Of a DNA stretch of 64,000 nt, positions 31,763 to 41,109 are shown one piece after another; the first letter of the stretch is position 1, and every line of letters starts with the position of its first letter. The DNA lies in NCBI GenBank assembly GCA_049977205.1, contig JBMFGT010000003.1:124438-188437 (forward strand), given 5' to 3'. A model generated the notes under the pieces. It was given only the letters and a program-made list of their open reading frames with translations, did not search any database and was not told the DNA's origin. The DNA comes from Acidobacteriaceae bacterium (GTDB lineage Bacteria > Acidobacteriota > Terriglobia > Terriglobales > Acidobacteriaceae). A program made the translations under genes and the position numbers.

Positions 31763-31928
31763 GGAAAAACTCCATCGTTACGGCCTTGCCGGCCCCGTTG
31801 GGACGGCGGCTGATCGTTGACTGCTGGCCTGGGCCCTTTGGCCCGACTGGCCGACTGCTCCCGCCGGGCCTTATGACTGGGCCTGTTCCCGCTCTTCAAA
31901 CAAGTTGAGTGACCGCAAAACTGCGCAG

Positions 31929-32672
31929 CTACCGACGCAGGCTCTGCTTGATAAAGTAGTCAACCAGCTCGCTGGAGGAGTTGTCCATTTCGACGTCAAA
32001 GGCCTCCACGCGGTTGGTGAAGTAGTTGAACGTCATGACAGCAGGGATGGCGACCAGCAGACCGAAGGCCGTGGTGACCAGGGCCTCTGAAATACCGCTG
32101 GCAACTGCGCCAATGCCGGAGGTCTTCTGGGTGGCAATCGCCTGGAACGCGTTCAGGATGCCGACGACTGTGCCGAAGAGGCCAATAAAGGGGGCCGTGG
32201 AGCCGATGGTGGCCAGTGCGCCCAGACCGCGTTTCAGCTTGGCGTGGACAATGGCCTCCGAGCGCTCCAATGCGCGCTTGCTGGCCTCGATCTGGTCTTC
32301 CGTGATCGCGCCGCCGCTGCCGTAGTTGCGGAACTCCTGCAGACCGGCAGTGACCACTTCCGCCAGGTGCGACTTCTTGCTGCGGTCGGCCACCTTGACG
32401 GCCTCATCCAGACGGCCTTCCTTGAGCGCCCCAGCGACCCTGGGGGCAAACTCACGGGACTGCTTCCGCGCAGCCGAGAAATACAGCGCACGGTCGATCA
32501 TGACGGCCAACGACCAGATGGACATGAAGAAAAGGAGCACTGCCACGCCCCTGGCCAGAATGCCCATGTTGTGCCAGAGATCAAGCGGACTAAAGCCAAC
32601 TGCCTGTTCCTGGAAGAAAGCAGCCAAAGCTGCAGAGTGAGGGACTACTTGGGTGAGATGAGCGAGAATCAC
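31929..32672 (-). CDS. exbB: MotA/TolQ/ExbB proton-channel protein
   Basis: GTG start with AAGGAGG 10 nt upstream. It has 3 TM helices and the motif GLFGTVVGILNAF...ALVTTAFGLLVAIPA. Confidence 0.88.
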   Translation of the reverse strand: MILAHLTQVVPHSAALAAFFQEQAVGFSPLDLWHNMGILARGVAVLLFFMSIWSLAVMIDRALYFSAARKQSREFAPRVAGALKEGRLDEAVKVADRSKKSHLAEVVTAGLQEFRNYGSGGAITEDQIEASKRALERSEAIVHAKLKRGLGALATIGSTAPFIGLFGTVVGILNAFQAIATQKTSGIGAVASGISEALVTTAFGLLVAIPAVMTFNYFTNRVEAFDVEMDNSSSELVDYFIKQSLRR

Positions 32673-32764
32673 TGGGATCTATCCTCCTTGGGGATAAACA
32701 CGTTTCTGCGACTACATTTGTAGCCGGAATTTATAAGGCCCTACATGCGGCATCTGCGCGGACA

Positions 32765-33484
32765 TCATTCATTAAGGCTGTAGACCACGCTGATTGTCGT
32801 GTCCACGTCAACGGGAACTCCATCCAACAATACCGGCTTGTAGCGCCAGCGGCGGACCGCATCCAGCGCGGACTGCTGCAACATGGCTGGACCGCTGATG
32901 ACACGCTCATTCTGGATCGTGCCATCGTGGCCAATGGTTGCCTGTAGAACTACGGTACCAGAAATCCGGGCCGCCTTGGCAATCGGCGGATACACAGGGC
33001 TGGGCTGATAGATGGCGCGGCTTTCCATCACGCCAGAGGAGACGACCAGCTTTTTCGGGGGCGCCGCTTTCACACGAGGACCATTACTCATGCCACCAAT
33101 AATGCCGCCCATCACGCCACCACCACCACCGAGACCAGCCATGCCCGCAACACCCATTTGCGGAGGGGCGGAACTCTCTACGACCCTCTCGATGTTTTTC
33201 GGTATCTTGCTGGGGGCGTGGAGTTGATTGTCCAGCATTTCCGACTGGTACTTGACGGCCTGGACCTTCACTTGCGGCGGTGGGGGCGGCGGCGGTGGTG
33301 GAGGGGGTGGGGGCGCCACCAACAGGGTCGCCATGGCCTGCTTGGGGAGCGCTTCGGGATAAATGAGCGGAATCAGGATCAGCACCAAAAGAATTGCAGC
33401 ATTGAAAGAGAATGTCGCTGCGACCCAATACTTGCTCTTCGTCTTGATCCTGTTAGCAGACTCAAACAGGCTGTCTTCAAACAT
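32765..33484 (-). CDS. tonB: TonB-family energy transducer
   Basis: Trimmed to MFEDSLFES... It has a TM anchor, a run of 14 Pro and the C-terminal TonB domain (YPPIAKAARISGTVVLQATI...). Confidence 0.85.
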   Translation of the reverse strand: MFEDSLFESANRIKTKSKYWVAATFSFNAAILLVLILIPLIYPEALPKQAMATLLVAPPPPPPPPPPPPPQVKVQAVKYQSEMLDNQLHAPSKIPKNIERVVESSAPPQMGVAGMAGLGGGGGVMGGIIGGMSNGPRVKAAPPKKLVVSSGVMESRAIYQPSPVYPPIAKAARISGTVVLQATIGHDGTIQNERVISGPAMLQQSALDAVRRWRYKPVLLDGVPVDVDTTISVVYSLNE

Positions 33485-33637
33485 GGCCGTACCTCTGAAG
33501 GATTTTCCTACGCTACCTACTATTGACACCGGACAACGGGATTTTGTTCCCGCCGCAAGGTCCTTTTCCCCAACGGGGCCTGACGCCACCCCATGCCACC
33601 AGCACACGCGCACCAACCGTGCCCGTTTCCTTGCAAT

Positions 33638-34843
33638 TTACGCCCGTGCCCGCTTGCCCGCCGGGACGACCACTGCCCTGCCCCGACGCTGACGCCAATC
33701 CTGATATGCCACCAGCATAGGTGCAGCTACCGCGATTGAGGAGTATGTGCCTACCAGAATACCGATTACCAGTGCAAAAGAAAAGCCATTCAAGACCTCC
33801 CCGCCAAAAATAAAGAGCGAAAGGACGGTGAGGAAGGTCAGACCAGAGGTGAGCACGGTCCGGCTCAGGGTCTGGTTGATGCTGCGATTGACGACCTCCG
33901 TCAGGCCCTCGCGGCGCATCAGGCGGATGTTTTCCCGGATACGGTCGAAGACGACGATCGTGTCATTCATGGAGTAACCAATCAACGTCAGGATGGCCGC
34001 AATGACCGTCAGCGTGATTTCCCGGTCAGTCAGGCTGAAAATGCCGATGGTAATCAGTGTGTCGTGGAACACGGCGACCACGGCAGCCACGCCGTAGATC
34101 AGCTCGAAGCGGAACCAGAGGTACACCAACATGCCGGCCAGCGAGTACAGAGTGGCCAGCACGGCCTGCTTGCGCAACTGCGCGCCCACCTGCGGGCCGA
34201 CAATCTCCACGTTGCGAATGGTGAAACCGGAGCTATAGACCCCACCCTGCAAGGCGGCCAGGACCGCTGGACCAACGCGCCCATTCAATTCGTCCAGATT
34301 GTCAATCAGTCCGCCTTTGTCGTGGTCACGATAATCCAGGATGGAGGTCGCAATCTGCATATAGCGCTGGTCTGCGGCGGTCGATCCGCCCAGATGCAAC
34401 GGGTCCGCCTGCCCCAAAAACGCCGCCAGCGATTCGCGGCTGGCGTTGTCAATGTCCAACTTGCCCGCGCTGGCAGCGCCAGCGGGGGAATAATTCAGCT
34501 CCAGCGCCTGCACGATGGAATTGCGCCCCTGGTCCAGGGCCGCCTCTGAGGTGTCCCGCTGCGGCAGGGCCACGATGACCTCATGGTCCTCCGCGCGGCC
34601 AAAACTCTGGATGCGGACGTCATGCAGGCCTGCATGGTCCGCTGCTTGACGGATGCGGTCCACCTGGGGCGCGTCCGCAAACTTGATGTAGACCAGCGTG
34701 CCGCCCTTGAAGTCCACACCCAGCGGGATGTGGTGCCAGAAAAAAATCGACAGCAACCCGGAAACGCTGAAGACCAGCGAAAAGGCAAGGAAATACCATT
34801 TCTTCCCCAGCCAATCGATATTGACGTCCCTAAAAAATTCCAC
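33638..34843 (-). CDS. secF: protein translocase subunit SecF (with an enlarged periplasmic domain)
   Basis: GTG at 34843 with GGAG 6 nt upstream gives M/VEFFRDVNIDWLGKKWYF, a typical SecF N-terminus. The track ATG at 34957 adds 38 aa of low-GC3 sequence. The conserved IGYSMNDTIVVFDRIRE motif is present. Confidence 0.85.
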   Translation of the reverse strand: MEFFRDVNIDWLGKKWYFLAFSLVFSVSGLLSIFFWHHIPLGVDFKGGTLVYIKFADAPQVDRIRQAADHAGLHDVRIQSFGRAEDHEVIVALPQRDTSEAALDQGRNSIVQALELNYSPAGAASAGKLDIDNASRESLAAFLGQADPLHLGGSTAADQRYMQIATSILDYRDHDKGGLIDNLDELNGRVGPAVLAALQGGVYSSGFTIRNVEIVGPQVGAQLRKQAVLATLYSLAGMLVYLWFRFELIYGVAAVVAVFHDTLITIGIFSLTDREITLTVIAAILTLIGYSMNDTIVVFDRIRENIRLMRREGLTEVVNRSINQTLSRTVLTSGLTFLTVLSLFIFGGEVLNGFSFALVIGILVGTYSSIAVAAPMLVAYQDWRQRRGRAVVVPAGKRARA

Positions 34844-34966
34844 GCCTTGCTCCAAAACTTCCGTTGCGGGAGCGCATGTGCATGACTGCCAGATGCGTCC
34901 CGGCGAATTCCTTGCAGGGGGAAGGCCCGCGCCTGCACCCTGCACTTCCAATGGCAAACGCGGCGA

Positions 34967-36574
34967 TCAGATCGAGATCGCCTCACCGCGCTGCTTGCGG
35001 CCCAATATCCCGTCAAAGATGACGCGCGAGACAAAGACCGCAGTAAACAGGTTTGCCAGCAGACCAAAGGTCAGCGTGACGGCAAAACCGCGCACAGGCC
35101 CGGTCCCAAAGAGGAACAGAATGGCCGCCGAGACAATGGTGGTCACGTGGGTGTCCACAATGGTCAGCCAGGCGTGGCCAAAGCCCTGGTCCACCGCCGC
35201 TGCGGGGGACTTGCCCGCGCGCAGCTCCTCACGGATGCGCTCAAAGATCAGCACGTTGGAATCCACGCCCATACCAATGGTAAGGATGACCCCGGCGATG
35301 CCAGGCAGCGTGAGCGTGGAGCCGGTATACCCCATAAAGCCCAGCAGAATGACCAGGTTCAACATCAGCGCCAGGTCCGCATTGATGCCCGCGCCGTGAT
35401 AATAAAACAGCATGAAGGCCATCACGGCCAACATGCCGGCAATGGCGGCGATCACGCCCTGGCGGACCGAGTCCGCGCCCAGCGAGGGGCCGACCGTGCG
35501 CTCTTCCAAAAAGTGGATGGAGGCAGGCAACGCGCCGGTGCGCAGCATCAGCGAAAGATTGTCCGCCGTGTCTTTGGTGAAACCACCCCCGGAAATCTGG
35601 CCCTGGTCGCGGATGGCCCCACGGATGACGGCCACTTCGCGCACGGAGTTGTCCAGCACAATGGCCATGCTCTTGCCGATATTGGCGCTGGTGAACTGGT
35701 AGAAGCGGTCGCCCCCTGCGTTGGTAAGGACAAAATTCACGTCGGGACGCTGGTTCACGTCGACCGAAGGCTGGGCGTCGCGGAAGTCGCTGCCGGCAAC
35801 AATGGAGGCCGTGCGCAGCAGGTAATACTGGCCAGCGTCGCTGCTCTGGTCGAAGGCCTTCATCAGTTCCCCGTCCGGGGGCAGCGTACCGCCATTTGCC
35901 TGGAGTGCGGCCTGCTGGTCCGGATATGGGCCACCCAGCACCTCATGGATTTCCAGCCGCGCTGTGGACTGGATAATGTCTTTGACGCGGGCGGGATCGT
36001 CCACGCCAGGCAACTCGACCAGTATCTGGTTTTTGCCTGGCCCGTATTCTTCAATGACCGGCTCACTGACGCCCAGCCGGTCCACGCGATCGCGGATGGT
36101 CTCAATGGACTGCGCCAGGGCGCGCTGCTCAATCTCCCGGACGATGGAGGGCTTCATGGTCAGGGTGAAGGTGTTGTCCGCGCCAGAGCTGATGTCGTAC
36201 TGCGCGCTGTAACGGTCCTCCAGCATGGAACGGACCGCGCCGTCCTTGTCTGCTGGGACGCTTAGGATGCGTATCACATCGGGGCGCGCAGGGTCCGGCT
36301 TGGTGGGGACGGCGCCCGTCACGTTGTTCTGTTGCAGGTCTGTCTGGAGGCGCGTCAGGTCGTTGTCCGTGGTGGCCTTCACGGCCTCCTGGACCATCAC
36401 CTGCAAGATCAGGTGCGTCCCACCGCGCAGGTCCAGACCCAGATGGATGCGACTGGTGAGGGCGTCCTTGAGTGCGGTGCCGCTGACGCCATTGGGGATG
36501 CCAAAAATGCCCAGGACAAAGACCAGCAGCGTGGCGAGAATAAGGATGGTTTTCCCAGTTAAATTCTTATGCAT
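34967..36574 (-). CDS. secD: protein translocase subunit SecD
   Basis: 535 aa with LGLDLRGGTHL and GMGVDSNVLIFERIREE. Confidence 0.92.
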   Translation of the reverse strand: MHKNLTGKTILILATLLVFVLGIFGIPNGVSGTALKDALTSRIHLGLDLRGGTHLILQVMVQEAVKATTDNDLTRLQTDLQQNNVTGAVPTKPDPARPDVIRILSVPADKDGAVRSMLEDRYSAQYDISSGADNTFTLTMKPSIVREIEQRALAQSIETIRDRVDRLGVSEPVIEEYGPGKNQILVELPGVDDPARVKDIIQSTARLEIHEVLGGPYPDQQAALQANGGTLPPDGELMKAFDQSSDAGQYYLLRTASIVAGSDFRDAQPSVDVNQRPDVNFVLTNAGGDRFYQFTSANIGKSMAIVLDNSVREVAVIRGAIRDQGQISGGGFTKDTADNLSLMLRTGALPASIHFLEERTVGPSLGADSVRQGVIAAIAGMLAVMAFMLFYYHGAGINADLALMLNLVILLGFMGYTGSTLTLPGIAGVILTIGMGVDSNVLIFERIREELRAGKSPAAAVDQGFGHAWLTIVDTHVTTIVSAAILFLFGTGPVRGFAVTLTFGLLANLFTAVFVSRVIFDGILGRKQRGEAISI

Positions 36575-36631
36575 TGGACCCTACAAAATTTGGGGCGGAT
36601 GGGGGACATGGAACGGGCGTGGAGTGCGTGG

Positions 36632-36949
36632 TCACTTGGCTTCCTCTTCATTTGTAGTGACCGCAGTGATGGAGGCCCTAACGACTTCCAGACGCAGGTT
36701 GTCAGGCGGCACACGGAGCTGCACGGCGTCCTCTTTGATGGAAAGCACGGTCCCGCGAATGCCGCCGCTGGTGGTGACGCGGTCGCCCGGCTTCAGTTTG
36801 CCCAGCATCTCCTGCCATTTCTTCTGGCGTTGTTGGCCAGGGCGAATCAGGAACAGGTAGAAGACGACAAAGATGAGAACAAAGGGCAGAAATGTAAGAT
36901 AGCTCTGCTGTGTACCAGCAAAGGCCAGAAGTGCCATAGTCGAAGTCAA
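36632..36949 (-). CDS. yajC: preprotein translocase subunit YajC
   Basis: 105 aa with a single TM, then RPQQRRQKK-like (RPGQQRQKKWQEM) and GDRVTTSGGIRGTV. Confidence 0.9.
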   Translation of the reverse strand: MTSTMALLAFAGTQQSYLTFLPFVLIFVVFYLFLIRPGQQRQKKWQEMLGKLKPGDRVTTSGGIRGTVLSIKEDAVQLRVPPDNLRLEVVRASITAVTTNEEEAK

Positions 36950-37132
36950 AGCTCCATCCTAAAATTGCCGCCAGGACGCTGTGCGCAGCGGGGCCTGACC
37001 GCAGAGATTTCCCAAAATCCATGGAAGCGCCCACTGGGAACGCAGGGGCCTGTCGGGCCAAATGCGCTGCCAAGAGGACAAAGAGACCGCTGGCCACTGC
37101 TTCCTTGCCGGGACGTTGGTCCATTCGTCCGT

Positions 37133-38281
37133 CTATACGGCTGCGCCTTCGCGCTGCCGCAAACGGGCAGAAAATCCTGAAATTGTCCCTTGCTCAATAG
37201 AATCACGTACAGATTGCATCGTGTCAAGGTAGAAGGCCAAATTGTGCAAAGTGTTGAGCACCCCAGCCAGCGGCTCCTGGGCGGCGAAAAGATGGCGCAA
37301 ATAGGCGCGCGTATAGCGCTGGCAAACCAGGCAGCCACAGGCCGGATCCAGTGGCCGCTGGTCCTCCGCATAGCGCTGGTTCTTGATGTTCAGCCGCCCC
37401 TCGGAGGTAAAAATCAGGCCATGGCGCGCGGCCCGCGTGGGCAGCACGCAATCCATCATGTCCACGCCCAGCGCGGCGTATTCGACGATCTCTTCCGGGT
37501 AGCCAACGCCCATCACGTAGCGCGGCCTGTCCGCAGGCAGCAACTCCAGCGTGGAAGCGATGATCTCCCGGGTGCGTTCGCGCGGCTCACCCACGCTGAG
37601 GCCGCCGATGGCGTAGCCGGGCAGGTCGAGTTCCAGCAGCCGCTCGGCGCATTCGCGGCGCAGATCGGGATACAGTCCGCCCTGGACTATACCGAAGAGG
37701 TGTTGCGTCTGGCCGCCCAGTTCGTTAAACCAAGGGACCTCCTGCTGATGGGCCAAAAAGTGGTCGCGGCTGCGGCGCGCCCAGCGCAGGGTCAATTCGA
37801 GCGACTGGCGGGCGCGTTCGCGCGTGGCCGGGTACTCCGTGCACTCGTCGAAGGCCATCAGGATGTCCGCGCCCAACGCGATCTGCACGTCGATGGAGTG
37901 CTCTGGCGAAAAGAAATGTGACGACCCGTCCAAGTGCGAGCGGAAATGCACGCCGTCTTCGGTGACTTTGCGCAGATCGTTCAGGCTGAAGACCTGGAAG
38001 CCGCCGGAATCGGTGAGGATGGGGTGCGGCCAGCCCATGAATTTGTGCAGCCCGCCCAGGCGGCGGATGCGCTCGTGCCCCGGACGCAGGTACAGGTGAT
38101 AGGTGTTGCCCAGCAGGATTTGCGTGTGTATTTCTTCCAGCAGGTGCTGCGGCACGGCCTTCACCGAGGCAGCCGTGCCCACCGGCATAAAGATGGGCGT
38201 CTCCACCACGCCATGCGGCAGCCGCATCGTCGCGCGCCGCGCCGCGCCCTCCCTCCCGTGAATGGTAAATGTGAGTGACAT
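37133..38281 (-). CDS. tgt: tRNA-guanine transglycosylase (queuine insertion)
   Basis: Trimmed to MSLTFTIHG... It has TPIFMPVGT, LGNTYHL, DSGGFQV and the Zn site CxCxxC (CGCLVCQ). Confidence 0.92.
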   Translation of the reverse strand: MSLTFTIHGREGAARRATMRLPHGVVETPIFMPVGTAASVKAVPQHLLEEIHTQILLGNTYHLYLRPGHERIRRLGGLHKFMGWPHPILTDSGGFQVFSLNDLRKVTEDGVHFRSHLDGSSHFFSPEHSIDVQIALGADILMAFDECTEYPATRERARQSLELTLRWARRSRDHFLAHQQEVPWFNELGGQTQHLFGIVQGGLYPDLRRECAERLLELDLPGYAIGGLSVGEPRERTREIIASTLELLPADRPRYVMGVGYPEEIVEYAALGVDMMDCVLPTRAARHGLIFTSEGRLNIKNQRYAEDQRPLDPACGCLVCQRYTRAYLRHLFAAQEPLAGVLNTLHNLAFYLDTMQSVRDSIEQGTISGFSARLRQREGAAV

Positions 38282-38403
38282 ACCTTTCTGCATTGTAGGG
38301 GAGATTGCGGTATGCACCGTAACCACGGGTGATCTTCGATGAGGGGTGCGGAACTTTTGTGCAGAATTTTAGATGGGGACGGCCCCAAGCAGCGCTGTCC
38401 GTC

Positions 38404-39837
38404 TCACTTCCCAGTGGAATTTTCGGTACTTGGGCGTAACGGAAGAAGTCGTACCAGTCCCGCGCCTGCAAAGAGGGAAACTATGGGCATGATCGGATAG
38501 CGGTATCGCGCCATGCCTGCCGCGCCCCCTGCAACGACCACAAAGTAGAGGACAACGAGCACCAGAGTAATCAAGGCCTTCCCGGATTGATAGGGTCTTG
38601 GAATTCCCAATATGGCCAGTCCGTAGTAGGCCACAAGGACAACCTCCAGCATGGCCGTTCCCACGAACACCAGCGGATAGTTCCACACCATCCACAACAG
38701 CGTCGCTGGCAAGCCCTTCTTGCCTGCTGTTGCATTAAAGGCGACCACAGAGGAAATGGGGGAACGTCCCAAGGCCCACAGGAAATCCGTGGCGCATGGA
38801 TGGAAAAGCACCACGCCCATTCCTCTCAAATGGTCTTTTAAGTACAGGAGTTTATTTTCAGAGATGGTCCGCAATGCCTCTCGCCTCTGGTATGCGAGTT
38901 GTTGGGCGGTTGACCAAGTGGCTTGTTCTGGATGTATGGCCAAATATCCGGGCGTGTCCTGCCAGTGCAACAGGCCAAGTTCTGTGGCCATGTCCGTGTG
39001 CTGCTTTTGGGCCAACACTTCCCCAGCATTAAAAAAATATAAATTGCTGTCCGCGATGGAAGAAAAACCAGAGTAGCCGGTCTCCACATAGTTGCGGACA
39101 CGCCATGCGCCAATCAAGACCGCACAAATAGAGAAAAAAACCACCGCCCGCCAAAGCCTGGGAAGGACCTTGATTTTGAGTGGAAGGACCATAAGACCCA
39201 CGGCACAAAACAGCGGAAGATAATAGGATGCTGGCCGCACATAGACACTCGCCACAACTGCCAATGCGGCCCAAAGGAGGGGGTCCCAGGCGGGCCTGTA
39301 GATGTATTGCAACAAAAAGTACAAGAAAACCAGAAGAATTGCCGTGAAAAGACATTCTGAAAGTAACTCAATTCCATAGAGCATTGTAAGTGGCTCGACC
39401 GCGTAAAGGCCCGCGCCAATCAAGGCCACCCGCACATCTGCAAACAACAGTACGCCGATCTGAAACACAAGAAATACGGAAAAAGCAGCAAGAAGAATTT
39501 GACATGCCACCGACAGCAAAGGATGATTGCCGGCCATCCCAGTCATCATCAGGAAAACAGGATACCCAGGGGTCCGCTGCAACTCTGGACCACCTGCAGT
39601 TGAAAAGGAACCGTGCAGAAGGCCCTGTATGGGCAGTACATAACCCATGGTGTCGGGGGCAAACACGGCCTTTACGCCTGAAAAATGCAGGCAGGCCATC
39701 AGCAGGGCCGCCCGCAACAAAATGGCAAGAGCAAGGACCGCCCACAAATATGTTCTCCAGGAATTTTTCCTTTTTTTTACCGGCCCACAATCATTCGGAT
39801 GTTCTTGGATAGTTTCAACGGAAGAAGATATACGCAA
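38404..39837 (-). CDS. PMT_2/ArnT-like (GT39/GT83-type) integral-membrane glycosyltransferase
   Basis: Trimmed from the 767-aa read-through ORF to the TTG at 39837, which has GGGGG 5 nt upstream. About 10-12 TM helices and a RTPGYPVFLM-type motif are present. GC content is strikingly low. The start is uncertain (alternatives 39747 and 39699). Confidence 0.6.
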   Translation of the reverse strand: MRISSSVETIQEHPNDCGPVKKRKNSWRTYLWAVLALAILLRAALLMACLHFSGVKAVFAPDTMGYVLPIQGLLHGSFSTAGGPELQRTPGYPVFLMMTGMAGNHPLLSVACQILLAAFSVFLVFQIGVLLFADVRVALIGAGLYAVEPLTMLYGIELLSECLFTAILLVFLYFLLQYIYRPAWDPLLWAALAVVASVYVRPASYYLPLFCAVGLMVLPLKIKVLPRLWRAVVFFSICAVLIGAWRVRNYVETGYSGFSSIADSNLYFFNAGEVLAQKQHTDMATELGLLHWQDTPGYLAIHPEQATWSTAQQLAYQRREALRTISENKLLYLKDHLRGMGVVLFHPCATDFLWALGRSPISSVVAFNATAGKKGLPATLLWMVWNYPLVFVGTAMLEVVLVAYYGLAILGIPRPYQSGKALITLVLVVLYFVVVAGGAAGMARYRYPIMPIVSLFAGAGLVRLLPLRPSTENSTGK

Positions 39838-39916
39838 GCATGCCCCCAGTCTTACAAAAAATGATAGCTTAAATTCCCAGGCTGCAACGCCTTTCGCTCC
39901 TGCCGGGATTGCCAGT

Positions 39917-39948
39917 GAAAAAGCACTCCTTTGTCTGCAAAGGTGCGC
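39917..39948 (-). terminator. intrinsic terminator after folK
   Basis: The minus-strand RNA reads GCGCACCUUUG-CAGA-CAAAGGAGUGC followed by UUUUUC. The stem begins at the folK stop codon. Confidence 0.7.
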
Positions 39949-40505
39949 TACGGCGTGGAGCTGGTTGGCTGGAAAGCCAGCAGTCCGGTGCGGCGCACAG
40001 CGGCGGTGCGGTTGGGGCCTGCATCGGGCAGGGCGTCCAGTAGCTGCTGCATGGTACTGCCCAAGGTTGGATGGCGCAGGGTGGGCGCAATCTCCGCCAG
40101 CGGGGCCAGGACGAAGCGGCGCTGGTGCAGCGATGGGTGCGGCAGCGTCAGCCCCGGCACTCCCAGCACGCGGTCCCCGTAAAAAAGCAGGTCCAGATCG
40201 AGCGTGCGCGGGCCTTTGGGCGGCGATTGGCTGCGGTCGCGTCCCAAGCTGCGCTCTATGGCAAGCAATGCGCCAAGCAGGGCTTCCGGCGTAAGCGCGG
40301 TGTCGAGTTGCAAGGCTGCGTTCAGAAATTCCGGCTGCTCCTCCACTCCCACCGGGGCCGTAGCGTAGAGGCTGGAAACAGCGCGGACGGTCCCGTGACC
40401 GGCCAGGGCGCGGACCGCCGCTTGCAAATTGGCGAGGCGGTCGCCAAGATTGGCCCCCAGCCCGATAAAAGCAATGGCGGCGGCTGGTTGCTCCTGGCCC
40501 GTCAT
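39948..40505 (-). CDS. folK: 2-amino-4-hydroxy-6-hydroxymethyldihydropteridine diphosphokinase
   Basis: Trimmed to MTGQEQP... (185 aa). It has IGLGANLGD, PRTLDLDLL and PHP...RRFVL motifs, and an ATGA overlap with the upstream gene. Confidence 0.88.
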   Translation of the reverse strand: MTGQEQPAAAIAFIGLGANLGDRLANLQAAVRALAGHGTVRAVSSLYATAPVGVEEQPEFLNAALQLDTALTPEALLGALLAIERSLGRDRSQSPPKGPRTLDLDLLFYGDRVLGVPGLTLPHPSLHQRRFVLAPLAEIAPTLRHPTLGSTMQQLLDALPDAGPNRTAAVRRTGLLAFQPTSSTP

Positions 40506-41065
40506 TTCCCAGTCCCTGGTAGGTCCGCGTAGGCGGCCAGCGTTTCCTGCGTGATGGCGAGCGCGGCGCGCAAACTCTCCGGCAATGGCGGGGATGGCAG
40601 GCCCGGCGCGATGCCGTCCACGATGCTCTGCGGCGGGACGTTGCCCTGCGCGTCGCGGAAAAGTCCCTGCACCCAGGCGATGGCGGCCAGACCGCCGGGG
40701 CCAACAAAGACCTGCTCCATGTGGAACCATTTTTCGTCCCATCCCAACAGGCGCGAAGTGAGCGTGAAAGGCGTCCACAAGGCCAGCGAGCGGCGATAGG
40801 TGATGTGGATGGCCCCCACCAGCGGCTGCCAGCGGTGCCGAATGGCCTGGTCCATCACGCCCAGACGCGCCGTCAATCGCACCCGGCCATAGTCCATATA
40901 GCTGAGGAAGCGGGCGTTGTTCAAATGGAAGTTGAAGTCCATGTCCGTGGGCCAGACGCGGAAGCGAATGGGGTCGCTTTCCAGCGGGCCAAGACGCGGC
41001 AAAGGACGCAATCGCTGCCGCAAAATAAGCGCCGGAATGCGGACGAAGCTGGTGTAATGTGCCAT
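40502..41065 (-). CDS. hotdog-fold acyl-CoA thioesterase-like protein
   Basis: Trimmed to MAHYTSF... (187 aa). The pattern FRVWPTDMDFNFHLNNARFLSYMDYGR is typical of the thioesterase-like superfamily. Confidence 0.65.
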   Translation of the reverse strand: MAHYTSFVRIPALILRQRLRPLPRLGPLESDPIRFRVWPTDMDFNFHLNNARFLSYMDYGRVRLTARLGVMDQAIRHRWQPLVGAIHITYRRSLALWTPFTLTSRLLGWDEKWFHMEQVFVGPGGLAAIAWVQGLFRDAQGNVPPQSIVDGIAPGLPSPPLPESLRAALAITQETLAAYADLPGTGK

Positions 41066-41109
41066 CGGCGAATATGATGCCTGGTACCAGTTTAGCCGGA
41101 AGGCGGCCT

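Noticed and set aside
33274-33320. G-rich simple-sequence run
   Set aside because: It is the coding sequence of the TonB poly-proline spacer (14 consecutive Pro on the minus strand), not a non-coding repeat.
39838-40707. N-terminal ~290 aa of track ORF 38404..40707, and similar 5' extensions of 18815..21403, 39948..41306, 41608..43353 and 56778..59651
   Set aside because: These are read-through of open frames into neighbouring genes on the same or opposite strand. The conserved protein cores start at internal start codons, and the extensions overlap well-supported genes.
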